Shown: positions 29,267 to 39,452 of the stretch, one piece after another
Layout of the letters: every line of letters begins with the position of its first letter
How positions within the stretch are numbered: position 1 is the stretch's first letter
Assembly (NCBI GenBank): GCA_049320885.1
Contig: JBMORA010000001.1
Span: forward strand, 370,622-434,621
Reading direction: 5' to 3'
Length of the DNA stretch: 64,000 nucleotides
From: Thermodesulfobacteriota bacterium
GTDB lineage: Bacteria > Desulfobacterota > Desulfobacteria > Desulfobacterales > SURF-7
The notes under the pieces: model-generated
What the model was told of the DNA's origin: nothing
Seen by the model: only the letters and a program-made list of their open reading frames with translations
The model's database searches: none
Made by a program: the position numbers and the translations under genes

Positions 29267-32200
29267 GTGCGGAAAAAACGGATAGGCTGGAGACGGTGGA
29301 TTCAGGCGGCGATCCTCGGGGCGATCATGCTGACCGGATCGGGCGCGCCGGTCGCCGGAGAGCCATCCCCCGTGGTCATCGGCGTGCTGGCCACCATGAG
29401 CCGGGAGCATTGCCTGGACCAATGGACGGCAACCGCCGACTATCTCAGCCGGGAAATCCCGGAGTTCCGCTTCCGCATCCTGCCCCTGACATATGAAAAA
29501 GTCGAAAAAACGGTCAAGACGGATGGCGTGGACTTCATCCTGGCCAATCCGTCCTTCTATGTATTGCTGGAAAGCCGTTACGGCGCCAACCGGATCGCCA
29601 CCCTGAAAAACCGGTGTTCCGCAGGAGTTTGCAAAACATACGGGGGCGTGGTTTTCTGGTTGAAAAACAGGCGGGATATCCAGGGCCTCGCCGATCTGAA
29701 AGGCAAACGTTTCATGGCGGCCGACGAGCATTCCCTGGGCGGCTGGCTGACCATCTGGCGGGAACTGAAAGAGCGGGGGTTTGATCCCCAGCGGGATTTC
29801 TCCTCCCTGGAATTCGGCAACACCCATGATGCCGTGGTGAACGCGGTGCTGGAAGGCCGTATGGACGCCGGCGGAGTGCGGACCGACATCCTGGAGCGGA
29901 TGGCCGCGGAGGGCCGAATCCGGCTGGAGACCGTCCGAGTCCTGCCGCGCCGGCAAACGGAAGCAACGGCGGCTCCGTTTCTCTGCTCCACCCGGGAATA
30001 CCCCGAATGGCCCATGGCCAAACTGCGCGGGACAACCGACAGCCTGGCGGAGAAAGTGACCATCGCCCTGCTGCGGATGCCGCCGGATTCCGGCGCGGCG
30101 GTTGCCGCCCGCTGCTCCGGCTGGACCATCCCCCTGAATTATCAATCCGTGCATGAATGCCTGCGCTACCTGAAGGTGGGACCCTATGAAAAACCGGACC
30201 AGATTACAGCCGGCGACGTGATCCGCACTTACTGGCGCTGGCTTCTGGCAGCGGCCATGGCCTTTGCGGGAGGCGGCATATTCACCCTCGTCATTCTGCG
30301 GCTCAACCGCAAAATCCGCGATTCCCATCAGCGCCTGAAAGCGGAGATCATCCGGCACCGAAGGACCGATGAAGCCCTGACCAAAGCCAAGGAGCAGGCC
30401 GAAGCCGCCACCCACGCCAAAAGCGAATTTCTGGCCAACATGAGCCATGAAATCCGCACCCCCATGAACGGCGTCATCGCCGCCGCCGAACTGGCCCTGA
30501 ACGAACCGCTTTCCCCGAAAGCCGAGCGGTACGTCAAAATCATCCACTCCAGCGCCCATTCCCTGCTGAACCTGATCAACGATATCCTGGATTTTTCCAA
30601 GATCGAAGCCGGCAAACTCAGCATGGAAACCAGGAGCTTCATGCTCGATGAAGTCGTGGACCGGGTGGTGAATCTGTTCGCCAACAGCGCGGCGGAAAAA
30701 CGCATTGAACTGCTGGTGGACATCGATCCCCAAACCCCCGCGGCGCTGTTGGGCGATCCCATGCGCCTGCAGCAGATTCTCACCAACCTGGTGGGCAATG
30801 CCGTCAAGTTCACGGAAAAACCCGGCTTCATTCTCATCGGGGCGACCCCCGCGGAACAACAGCCGCAACAGGTGGAAATCCAGTTCCGGGTCAAGGACGT
30901 GGGGGTCGGCATCCCGGAGGACTATCTGGCCCGGCTTTTCAACCCATTCACCCAGGCGGACACCTCCGACACGCGACGTTACGAAGGCACCGGACTGGGG
31001 CTCAGCATCTGCAAACGCCTGGTGGGCCTGATGGGGGGAACGATCTGGGTGGAAAGCCGGATGGGTTGCGGCAGCACGTTTTATTTTACGGCCCGCTTCG
31101 GCCGGCGGCCCAGTGAATCCGTCCACGGATATACGCCGCCGGAAGAACTCCGCAACCTCACGATTCTCGTGGTGGATGATTGCACGGAAAGCCTGGCCAT
31201 TGTCACCCGCATGCTCGGCTCTTTCGGCTTCACCGTGAGGGCCGCCTCCTCCGGAACCGAGGCCTTGAAAACATTTTTCGAGCAGCCGGGCGAGGTATCT
31301 CCGGCGGACCTGGCGATCCTGGACTGGATGATGCCGGAAACGGATGGGCTGGAACTCGCCGAAGCGATCCGCGCAAGGACGTCAGCGGCTATCCCCATCA
31401 TCCTGATGACCGCTTTCGGCCGCGAAGTCGAAAAGATGAGGGCGGAAAAAGCGGGCATCACCGGTTTTATATATAAGCCCATCTATCCGTCCACCCTCTT
31501 CAACGCCGTGCTGGACGCCTTCGGCCTGCAAGGCGTGACGCCCCATCTGTCCCCGGCGTCAACCCCCGCCGAACTATCGGCATACAAACGCAGCCTGAAA
31601 GGATTCCGGTTACTGGTGGTGGAAGACAACCCCACCAATCGTGAAATCGCCGTGGCCATTCTGGAAAGCGCCGGCATGCTGACGGAAACGGCCATGGACG
31701 GCTTACAGGCGGTGGAAATGGTGACGTCTCGCCCCTTTGATGCCGTCCTCATGGATGTGCAGATGCCCAACCTGAACGGATACGACGCCACGCGCCAGAT
31801 CCGTCGCAATCCGGACCTGGAACGCCTGCCCATCATCGCCATGACCGCCAGGGCCATGCGCGGCGACGAAGAGCTGTGCCTTGCGGCCGGTATGAACGGC
31901 TACATCGCCAAACCCATCAGCCAGCACCGTCTGTTCCAGCTGTTGTGGCGGCTCCTGAAAGACCGCAGGCCGGACATGGGCGAGATTCCCCGGGAACCGG
32001 AAGTGGATGAAACCGGGAATTCCCCGGCCGTGATGCTTCCGGAAGCTGTCCCCGGCTTGTATATCCGTGAGGCCATGGCGGAGACGAAACTGGCGGCCCC
32101 CGTTTACCTGAAAATCGTCAACGGATTTTTCAACAACAACCGCGCCACGGCGGACAACATCCAGCAGGCTTTCCAAACCGGCGACAACGAACGCCTGTAT

Positions 32201-32656
32201 TCATTGGCCCATACCCTGACAGGCAGCGCCGCGGGCATCGGTGCCCGCGATCTCGCTGCCGCAGCCAGGCAACTGGAGCACGCCGCCCGATCCGGACAAG
32301 ACCCGGCTTCCATGAGCGAATTGATCGCAGCGGTTCGCGGGGAGCTGGAAACCGTCCTTGCCGCCATTCCGGCCATCCGGGAATATCCTACCGCCCCCGC
32401 CGGAGGACCGACCCTTCCGCGGCCCGGCATTGCTTCTTCCCGGATGACGGCGCTGCTGTCCCAACTCTCAACCGCGCTGGGGCGCTCCGATCCCCAGGAA
32501 ATCAACCGGTTGATGGCGGAGCTGTCATCTTGTCCGGAGAGCGGGAAGGTCGGCGCCTTGGAGCGCCTGGTCCAAAACTATGATTACGAGGAGGCAGTCC
32601 GGCTTGTCGATGAATGGCTGCACGCCGTGAATCCGACCGCAACACCGGACGAATAA
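29267..32656 (+). CDS. Hybrid histidine kinase: periplasmic PhnD/SsuA-like (TtrS/ThsS-type) sensor, HisKA, HATPase, two REC domains, Hpt
   Basis: IGVLA...DFILANP...LKGKRFMAAD...STREYPEW sensor domain; FLANMSHEIRTPMN; GTGLGL; two receiver domains; AHTLTG Hpt motif. Confidence 0.92.
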   Translation: MRKKRIGWRRWIQAAILGAIMLTGSGAPVAGEPSPVVIGVLATMSREHCLDQWTATADYLSREIPEFRFRILPLTYEKVEKTVKTDGVDFILANPSFYVLLESRYGANRIATLKNRCSAGVCKTYGGVVFWLKNRRDIQGLADLKGKRFMAADEHSLGGWLTIWRELKERGFDPQRDFSSLEFGNTHDAVVNAVLEGRMDAGGVRTDILERMAAEGRIRLETVRVLPRRQTEATAAPFLCSTREYPEWPMAKLRGTTDSLAEKVTIALLRMPPDSGAAVAARCSGWTIPLNYQSVHECLRYLKVGPYEKPDQITAGDVIRTYWRWLLAAAMAFAGGGIFTLVILRLNRKIRDSHQRLKAEIIRHRRTDEALTKAKEQAEAATHAKSEFLANMSHEIRTPMNGVIAAAELALNEPLSPKAERYVKIIHSSAHSLLNLINDILDFSKIEAGKLSMETRSFMLDEVVDRVVNLFANSAAEKRIELLVDIDPQTPAALLGDPMRLQQILTNLVGNAVKFTEKPGFILIGATPAEQQPQQVEIQFRVKDVGVGIPEDYLARLFNPFTQADTSDTRRYEGTGLGLSICKRLVGLMGGTIWVESRMGCGSTFYFTARFGRRPSESVHGYTPPEELRNLTILVVDDCTESLAIVTRMLGSFGFTVRAASSGTEALKTFFEQPGEVSPADLAILDWMMPETDGLELAEAIRARTSAAIPIILMTAFGREVEKMRAEKAGITGFIYKPIYPSTLFNAVLDAFGLQGVTPHLSPASTPAELSAYKRSLKGFRLLVVEDNPTNREIAVAILESAGMLTETAMDGLQAVEMVTSRPFDAVLMDVQMPNLNGYDATRQIRRNPDLERLPIIAMTARAMRGDEELCLAAGMNGYIAKPISQHRLFQLLWRLLKDRRPDMGEIPREPEVDETGNSPAVMLPEAVPGLYIREAMAETKLAAPVYLKIVNGFFNNNRATADNIQQAFQTGDNERLYSLAHTLTGSAAGIGARDLAAAARQLEHAARSGQDPASMSELIAAVRGELETVLAAIPAIREYPTAPAGGPTLPRPGIASSRMTALLSQLSTALGRSDPQEINRLMAELSSCPESGKVGALERLVQNYDYEEAVRLVDEWLHAVNPTATPDE

Positions 32657-32666
32657 GGAGTTAGCG

Positions 32667-33728
32667 TTGGCAAATCAGAAACCGCTGGTGCTTATCGTCG
32701 ATGACAATCCCACCAACCTGGATCTGCTGGTCAACACCCTGAACCGGGATTACCGTCTGGGAGTGGCCAAAAACGGCGTCAAGGCCCTGGATTACGCCCG
32801 AAGGGAAAAACCGGATATCATCCTGTTGGATATCATGATGCCGGAAATGAACGGATTCGAAGTCTGCGCCCGGTTGAAAGCCGATGCCGGCACCAGCCAT
32901 ATCCCGGTGATCTTCATCACGGCCCTGGATGACGCGACCCGCAAATCCAAAGGGTTCGAAATCGGCGCGGTGGATTATATCACCAAGCCTTTCCTGACGG
33001 AGGAAGTCCAGGCCCGGGTCCGGACCCACCTGGCCTTGAAGGCCATGCACGAGGAACTGGCCGCTCAAAATATCGACCTGGAAAAAAAGGTGGCGGACAA
33101 AACCGCCGAAATCCAGGCCATGCTCGCCGCCACCATAACCGTGATCTCGCTGATGGCGGAAACCAGGGATCCCTACACCGCCGGCCACCAGCAGCGGGTC
33201 GCCGTCCTGGCGACCGCCATCGCGAAACGCATGGGCCTTTCCGCCGAAATCGTCCGCACCACCGAGCTGGCGGGTATCCTCCATGATATCGGCAAAATCC
33301 GCATCCCCACGGCCCTGATCAACCGGCCCGGCGAGTTGCTGAAAACCGAACGCGAACTCATCAAAATCCATCCCCGGGTGGGTTACGATCTGCTAAAGAC
33401 CATTCCGTTCCAACTCCCGGTGGCCGACGTGGTCCTCCAGCATCATGAGCACCTGGACGGCTCCGGCTATCCCGCCGGTCTCGCGGGAGATCAAATCCGG
33501 TTGGAATCCCGGATCATCACCGTGGCCGATGTCACCGAAGCCCAGAGTTCCTACCGGCCATACCGCCCGGCCCTCGGGCTGGAAGTGGCATTGGCCGAAC
33601 TCTCCGAGAACAGCGGGAAGTATTATGATCCCGAGGTTGTCAGGGCCTGCCTGGCCCTTTTCCGGGAAGACGGGTTCCGCTTGCTGGATTTGGAAAAAGC
33701 GGTCTCCGCCCCGGCCCGTTTTCCGTGA
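32667..33728 (+). CDS. Response regulator with HD-GYP cyclic-dinucleotide phosphodiesterase domain (RpfG-like)
   Basis: REC domain (VDDN, LLDIMMP), then DPYTAGHQQRV, LHDIGK, HHEHLDGSGYP and RPYR motifs. Confidence 0.93.
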   Translation: MANQKPLVLIVDDNPTNLDLLVNTLNRDYRLGVAKNGVKALDYARREKPDIILLDIMMPEMNGFEVCARLKADAGTSHIPVIFITALDDATRKSKGFEIGAVDYITKPFLTEEVQARVRTHLALKAMHEELAAQNIDLEKKVADKTAEIQAMLAATITVISLMAETRDPYTAGHQQRVAVLATAIAKRMGLSAEIVRTTELAGILHDIGKIRIPTALINRPGELLKTERELIKIHPRVGYDLLKTIPFQLPVADVVLQHHEHLDGSGYPAGLAGDQIRLESRIITVADVTEAQSSYRPYRPALGLEVALAELSENSGKYYDPEVVRACLALFREDGFRLLDLEKAVSAPARFP

Positions 33729-35283
33729 TGCCGGAAGGTGTTTCTTTGTCGGAAACAGCCGCAATGAAAAATGGATTCTGCCTGGCCAACCGGACAGCGC
33801 AAGCCGGCTCCTGGAAAACCGCATCCCCGGAACGCGGATCGAAAAGCAGGGGCAGCAATCTGCCCCGGGGTTGATCGGTCCGGATCAACAGGTCGCCGGT
33901 TTTCAACTCAATGGCGGTTGTTTCTTCCGTTGTGTCGATCGTCAACCGGAGCCTGGATTTGCCGGCCGGCGGCGGGAACATGTTGATCCGCGTCACCGCC
34001 ATCCGGGTTCCGGGCCGGCTTTCCGGCTGCACGATGACATCATAGCGGATGCCGTGGAGGTCCAACAAACCGCCGATCCAGTCATGTTCGGCCGTGACGG
34101 CATAGGCAGCCGGCAGGAAGATCGGTTTTTCCGTGACAACGGCGCCGTGATAGGGAAACGTCACTGTCTCCAGTTCATTGGTATCCCTTCTGCGCAATGG
34201 GATGTCGATGCCGGGGATGGTGGGATGGGCGGCGTAATGGGAATTCAGATACAATTTCCGCTCCGGCACGGTATCCGGGGCATCCGCCCCGTGGCGGGCG
34301 GTGAAACCGGCGATTTTCTCCCGGTGGAGCCGGATCCGGTCCAGGAAACTCGCAACGCACAGGTATTGTTTCTCCACCCGCCCCTTGATGTTGCGCGGTG
34401 TCGGGTAAGCGCCGGGGGGATCGAGGCGGTTTTCCAGCAGCCAGGAGAAAATCCCCCGGAATCCGGCATAATTCCGCAGATTGCGCAGGGACAGGCCGCC
34501 GTGCTGGATGGGCTGGTGAATATCCGTGATTTCGCCGATGTAGCGGTTGGCGGCCAGCCCTTTCCCCTGGATATCCGCTATCAGTTCCGGCAGAAAGACA
34601 TCCACACTGTAACCGCGCATATCGCCGTCGATCATGGCGTGATTGGCGCATTCGAACTGGGCCTCGAAATCCGTCAGATATCCCTGGCGGCCGAGGGATT
34701 TTTTCTTGAGAATCGCCGATTCGTGAATATCCAGCAGGATATCCGGCTGGAAGCGGTTGAGGAGTCCGACCACGGCCCTGGTCTCGGGCTGGGAGATCAG
34801 GGCAAAATCCGTGCTGAGATTGATTCCATTGGCATTGACGCGCATCTTCCGGTCAAACCCGTCGGGATTGGACACCGGCACGAGGATGAAGTTGAACTGT
34901 TCCAGATGGCGGGTCAGCTCGCCCTGCACCAGCTCCCGGGCGACGATCTGCAGGACTTCGGCTCCGGACGGTTCCGATCCGTGCTGGGAACCGAGGAGCA
35001 TGACGGTGAGCCTGGTGTTCGCATCCCGCGTTTTTCCGGAACGGGGGGGCGTCTTCCCCGCCCAGAGGCCGACAATCGGGCGCTGGCCGGCCGAGCGGCC
35101 GGCCCAGACGAGTTCAGCCTTGTCGGAACTGCCGGCCAATCGGGTCAGAAAATCGATAATCGCCTCGTTTTTCGAAAGTTCCTGATACTGGCCGGCCTCC
35201 AGGGCGGTCTGCAGCGGTTCGGCGGCCCGGGCCGCGGGAATAAACGACAGAAGAAACCCGATGGTAAGGCAAAACAATTTCAT
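33640..35283 (-). CDS. Secreted M14-family zinc carboxypeptidase-like protein
   Basis: Signal peptide; QHGSE, NPDG, RVNANGINL and LDIHE motifs; start at ATG 35283 after AAGGAG. Confidence 0.85.
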   Translation of the reverse strand: MKLFCLTIGFLLSFIPAARAAEPLQTALEAGQYQELSKNEAIIDFLTRLAGSSDKAELVWAGRSAGQRPIVGLWAGKTPPRSGKTRDANTRLTVMLLGSQHGSEPSGAEVLQIVARELVQGELTRHLEQFNFILVPVSNPDGFDRKMRVNANGINLSTDFALISQPETRAVVGLLNRFQPDILLDIHESAILKKKSLGRQGYLTDFEAQFECANHAMIDGDMRGYSVDVFLPELIADIQGKGLAANRYIGEITDIHQPIQHGGLSLRNLRNYAGFRGIFSWLLENRLDPPGAYPTPRNIKGRVEKQYLCVASFLDRIRLHREKIAGFTARHGADAPDTVPERKLYLNSHYAAHPTIPGIDIPLRRRDTNELETVTFPYHGAVVTEKPIFLPAAYAVTAEHDWIGGLLDLHGIRYDVIVQPESRPGTRMAVTRINMFPPPAGKSRLRLTIDTTEETTAIELKTGDLLIRTDQPRGRLLPLLFDPRSGDAVFQEPACAVRLARQNPFFIAAVSDKETPSGITENGPGRRPLFPNPASGTRLPGKGPGRP

Positions 35284-35316
35284 GGCTGGCGCTCCTTGGT
35301 TGCTGAAAATGGCCGC

Positions 35317-35389
35317 ACTATATCCGCTGCCCGGCTTTCTTGTCAACACAACAGGGACCTTGACAGGGAAGTACAAATAACAGTATAAA
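35317..35389. promoter_or_regulatory. Back-to-back divergent sigma70 promoters
   Basis: Minus strand TTGACA (35346-35341)-N18-TATAGT; plus strand TTGACA (35360-35365)-N18-TATAAA. Confidence 0.65.
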
Positions 35390-35438
35390 ATTATTGATAC
35401 ATCACGAAAACAGAACGCCTATTCTGCAAGGAGGCTGC

Positions 35439-36212
35439 ATGGCCGACGGAAAAAGCCGACATCGGGATACGGATTTAGACAGATATTGGAAGAGCAAGGT
35501 CCGGGTCAACAAATTGGCCGAGGAATATGCCGGCCGCTTCCATCTGGACCAGTTGCGCGAAAAAACGAAACACCTCAATCCGGATATTTTCCCGACCATT
35601 TGTTTTTCCAGAAAAATCGGGGTCGGCGCCCTGGAGCTGGCGGAAGTGACGGCGGAAAAGCTGGGATACCGGGTGGTGGACCGGCAAATCATCGAACATC
35701 TGTCCCGGGCCACGGAACTGAATCCGGCAAGCATCACCAGTTTTGATGAACGCTATCCCGGAAAACTCCGGGAACTGCTGGGACGCATTTTAGGAGACCG
35801 CGCCTTTGATCTGAATGAATACACCCGCCATCTGTTCATTACGGCCTTCTTTTTCGCCCACATGGAAAAAACCGTTTTTGTCGGCCGCGGTCTTCATTTA
35901 ATGCTGCCCCGCCAAAGGGTGTTTGCGGTCCGCTGCATCGGCTCCCTTGATCACCGCATTGCCAACCTCGCCCAAACCCTGGAGGTCAGCGAAAGAAAAG
36001 CCCGCATGACCCTCGCCCAGGCGGACATGGAACAGAAAGAGTTCTTTCAAAAGGTTCACGGCAAAACCGGCGCCCCGCCCCAGGAATTCGACCTGATTCT
36101 GAACATGGATTTTGTCCAGGACAACAAGGCCGCGGCGGACGCCATCATCCGGTTGTTCAAAAGCCGATTCGAACCAGCCCGGCCCGCCAAAAAACAATGC
36201 CGGACGAAATAA
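35439..36212 (+). CDS. Cytidylate kinase-like family protein
   Basis: TICFSRKIGVGA, LGYRVVDRQII, VFVGRG and FDLILN pattern; start after AAGGAGG. Confidence 0.8.
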   Translation: MADGKSRHRDTDLDRYWKSKVRVNKLAEEYAGRFHLDQLREKTKHLNPDIFPTICFSRKIGVGALELAEVTAEKLGYRVVDRQIIEHLSRATELNPASITSFDERYPGKLRELLGRILGDRAFDLNEYTRHLFITAFFFAHMEKTVFVGRGLHLMLPRQRVFAVRCIGSLDHRIANLAQTLEVSERKARMTLAQADMEQKEFFQKVHGKTGAPPQEFDLILNMDFVQDNKAAADAIIRLFKSRFEPARPAKKQCRTK

Positions 36213-36292
36213 GCCCGCCAACGCAGCAGGGACAATTCTCGAATATGACTGCACCGCCGGGGAACACCTTCCGGGGGGCGACCCCGGATCGG

Positions 36293-38776
36293 TCATTTCG
36301 GAACATGCGCCGTCTCCCGGAAAATAGCGGCCGCTCCGGATAGGGCTTTTGCATCGATACTCCGCAGATGCAGGTCTCGCTGGGGAAAGGGGATTTCGAT
36401 CCCCGCTTCCCGGAAGCGGCGCTCGATATCCAGGTTCAAGGCGCTGATCACCTTCGGGCCTTTATCCACATCGTCGATCCAGATCCGCAGCTGGAAATCC
36501 AGGGAGCTTTCCCCGAAGGCCATGAACAGCACCTGGGTTTCCGGCTCCTTCAGGACATCGGCGTTTTCGGCCGCACAGGTATGTAATATCTCCATGACCC
36601 GCGGGACATCGGAACCGTAGGCGACACCGATGGATATGCTGATCCGCCGGGTGCGGTCCGCCAAAGTCCAGTTGGTGACCTTGTTCGAGATCAGATCGCT
36701 GTTGGGCACCACGATTTCCGCGCGGTCATAGGTCTCCACGATGGTGGCCCGCAGGCCCACCTTTTTGATCCTGGCGGCCTGGTCATCGATCTGGATCATG
36801 TCCCCCACCTTGATGGGGCGCTCGAACAGCAGAATCAAGCCGGACACGAAATTGTTGACGATGGCCTGGAGGCCGAAACCGATACCGATACTGAGGGCGC
36901 CGCCGATGATGGTGACATTCTGCAGGCTGAACCCGAGGGCCTTCAGGGTCATCAGGAAGCCCGCGGATACGAATGCATAATGGACCAGACGGGCGATGGA
37001 TATCCGCACCCCGTATTCCACCTGGCGCCGGGGAAAGAATTCTTCCTTCAATATCGTCTGGACCATCCTGGATGCCAGAATGGATCCATAGAAAATAATC
37101 GCCGCGCCGACCGCCACGCCGACGGTCAGGCGCCATTCGCCGATGGTAAACCCCAGATCGAGAAAATCCTCCAGAATGTCTTCCGGATGCAATGCCGGTT
37201 TCCAGGTAACCAGCATGAGGGAAAGAAAGAGAACACCGAACAGCAGGTTGACCGCCGCCGCCATTTTGGAGATGACGACATGGGTACGGACACGGATCAT
37301 GTGGATGCGCTGCAGGTGAGCGCTTCGAACGGCAAAGGAGAGCAGGCCACAGGCAACCCGGGAAAACATCCATGCGGCCAGCGCCAGAAAGACGGTTTTC
37401 AAGGCCGCATCCATGATATGCTGGGAAAGGCGCCCGTATCCCAACACCTCGGTGATCAAAACGGCCGCGAAAACCACCGCACCCAGGCGTAACACGACGG
37501 TAAAACCCGCCGGCTTGCCCTGTCGGGAGCGCGCGATGGACCGCCATACGCACAACACCAATCCGATGCCGGACATGCCGAAAAGAAACAGTCCCAGCAG
37601 CGGAACCGGCAAGTTGAAAATCCGAAACATCTGCAAGACGGAAAGGAGTACCGCCATACCATAGAGCAGCCATTTTCTCCATAAACTGTCCAGAAACGGC
37701 CGGGCGGTTCTGGCGGCGGCGATCGATCCCATGATCCAGATAACCGCCCACCACTCCTGGGGAGCCATTTTATACCAGTGGGACAGAGCGAACAGGCTGA
37801 TGAAAATGCCGGAAGCCATGGGACGATTGGCCAAAAACCGCAATTCATCCCAAGCCGTGAGGTCTTGCCGATAGCGGTAGATGGCGACGGGGATGACAAT
37901 GGCGATCAGCAGCTGCAGCAGCAGCAGCCAGGCGTTGCCCGCCAGGAACGACCGGGGAGGCGATTTGACGGCGGCGATTCCCCCGGCCAGGCTTTTTGCC
38001 AGATCAACATCAAACTGTTTGAGAAAGGCCAGGGTATACATGGGCGGACCGGACGACGCCAGGATATCCCGCCGGTGCCGGTCCAGCAGGAGATTGATCT
38101 CTTCCGTCAACGGGAGAATCTTGCCCTGAATTTCCGAGGCCTTTTCCTCGACCTCAACGAGGTTTTTCAGCTTTGCGGAAATGAGCGCCAGGGACTTTTT
38201 CACCGTCTGCTGTCCGCGCTTCAGAACCGATTTGACGTCCTGCAGGGAGGCGTCCTTGTTCAACAAGGACTTCCAATCCTCCAGCCGTTTCATTTCCTCA
38301 CGCCAGGATTTTTCAAGGACTTCCAGGTTCGTGAGGGCTTCGCCTACGCCTCCCGTGATTTTTTTCAGTTCGGTCCTGCTTTTGCGGAGTTCGGTCTTGA
38401 TTTCATTGATCTGATCCATATTGAACCCGCCGGTGGTGCTATACTGCTTGAATCGCAGGCCGATTTCCCTTACGGAGCCGCCCAGTTCCTCCAGCTGCCT
38501 TTTCGTCATCGCCTCATCGAACAGTGCCGCCAGCTTCGGCTCCAGATCATTGGCGCGTTCGGCCAGATCCGCTGTTTTGGAAACCAGATCGCTGATTCCG
38601 GTCAGGGCGGGCTGCTGCTCCGCCTCTTTCGAGGGCGCCGGAGCCTCCCCTTCCGCAGACTGGGCCCAAACGGCGCCGGGTGGCAGACTGGAAATGCACC
38701 ACAGGCACATCAGGTAAACAACCACATGAATTCCGGCTGAAATCACTGCAACCGGTTTTGAAAGGGACCTGTTCAT
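36293..38776 (-). CDS. Large MscS/MscK-type mechanosensitive channel
   Basis: Coiled-coil periplasmic N-terminus, many TMs, GIGFGLQAIVNNFVSG, ERPIKVGD and IEIPFPQRDLHL motifs. Confidence 0.93.
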   Translation of the reverse strand: MNRSLSKPVAVISAGIHVVVYLMCLWCISSLPPGAVWAQSAEGEAPAPSKEAEQQPALTGISDLVSKTADLAERANDLEPKLAALFDEAMTKRQLEELGGSVREIGLRFKQYSTTGGFNMDQINEIKTELRKSRTELKKITGGVGEALTNLEVLEKSWREEMKRLEDWKSLLNKDASLQDVKSVLKRGQQTVKKSLALISAKLKNLVEVEEKASEIQGKILPLTEEINLLLDRHRRDILASSGPPMYTLAFLKQFDVDLAKSLAGGIAAVKSPPRSFLAGNAWLLLLQLLIAIVIPVAIYRYRQDLTAWDELRFLANRPMASGIFISLFALSHWYKMAPQEWWAVIWIMGSIAAARTARPFLDSLWRKWLLYGMAVLLSVLQMFRIFNLPVPLLGLFLFGMSGIGLVLCVWRSIARSRQGKPAGFTVVLRLGAVVFAAVLITEVLGYGRLSQHIMDAALKTVFLALAAWMFSRVACGLLSFAVRSAHLQRIHMIRVRTHVVISKMAAAVNLLFGVLFLSLMLVTWKPALHPEDILEDFLDLGFTIGEWRLTVGVAVGAAIIFYGSILASRMVQTILKEEFFPRRQVEYGVRISIARLVHYAFVSAGFLMTLKALGFSLQNVTIIGGALSIGIGFGLQAIVNNFVSGLILLFERPIKVGDMIQIDDQAARIKKVGLRATIVETYDRAEIVVPNSDLISNKVTNWTLADRTRRISISIGVAYGSDVPRVMEILHTCAAENADVLKEPETQVLFMAFGESSLDFQLRIWIDDVDKGPKVISALNLDIERRFREAGIEIPFPQRDLHLRSIDAKALSGAAAIFRETAHVPK

Positions 38777-39210
38777 CGGAGGTAATCCGAATACATGTTA
38801 TGGTGACTCAAGGCCGCGGCAAATTCTTCCGCCCGGATAGTGCAGAAACGGCATTCCACCTCGCCGCTGCAGCCGTTGTCGAAATCCGCGCCCTCGAATG
38901 TCAGGGACAGCACGTCTTTATTGCTATGGCCGACACGAATCCGGCCGAGTCGCTCGTCGTCCAGGGGCAGATGGATAAAGGCCCTGGATTTGGCAAAAGC
39001 CATAAATCGCTTGCCGGTCAGAATCAACGACCCCGTGAACCAGTCGACCTTGTGGTAGTACCTTCGCCCACAAGCCTTGAATGTCTTGAATTTGATCGAA
39101 CTATGGATGCCTTCGTCGATCAGTGCGATGCCCTCCTGCATCAGGGGGCGCTTTTTATCGACGGGGATTTTCCCGATTCGGAAGAAACGATAGAGAATGC
39201 TTTTCGCCAT
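38773..39210 (-). CDS. Hypothetical protein (145 aa), translationally coupled to the MscS gene
   Basis: ORF with ATGA overlap onto the MscS start; no recognised motif. Confidence 0.65.
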   Translation of the reverse strand: MAKSILYRFFRIGKIPVDKKRPLMQEGIALIDEGIHSSIKFKTFKACGRRYYHKVDWFTGSLILTGKRFMAFAKSRAFIHLPLDDERLGRIRVGHSNKDVLSLTFEGADFDNGCSGEVECRFCTIRAEEFAAALSHHNMYSDYLR

Positions 39211-39452
39211 GAAACTGTTTGTCTCCGTTGATGTTTCCCTCTTTTTGGATACACGGCTCCGTAAAATTCGATCAATAGTTTATGGCAGTTGGCTTGTCAA
39301 GAACGAAAGCCCGAAACTGGTTTCCATCATTTTCCGCTTGCAGATTCTTATCGATCATATAAGTTATGATGTCGTCGTAAAAAAGTCCTCCTTCCGGTTC
39401 TCCCTCGGAAGCCGGAGTCCAGAACCATTACAATCAACCGGATAAGGTAACA

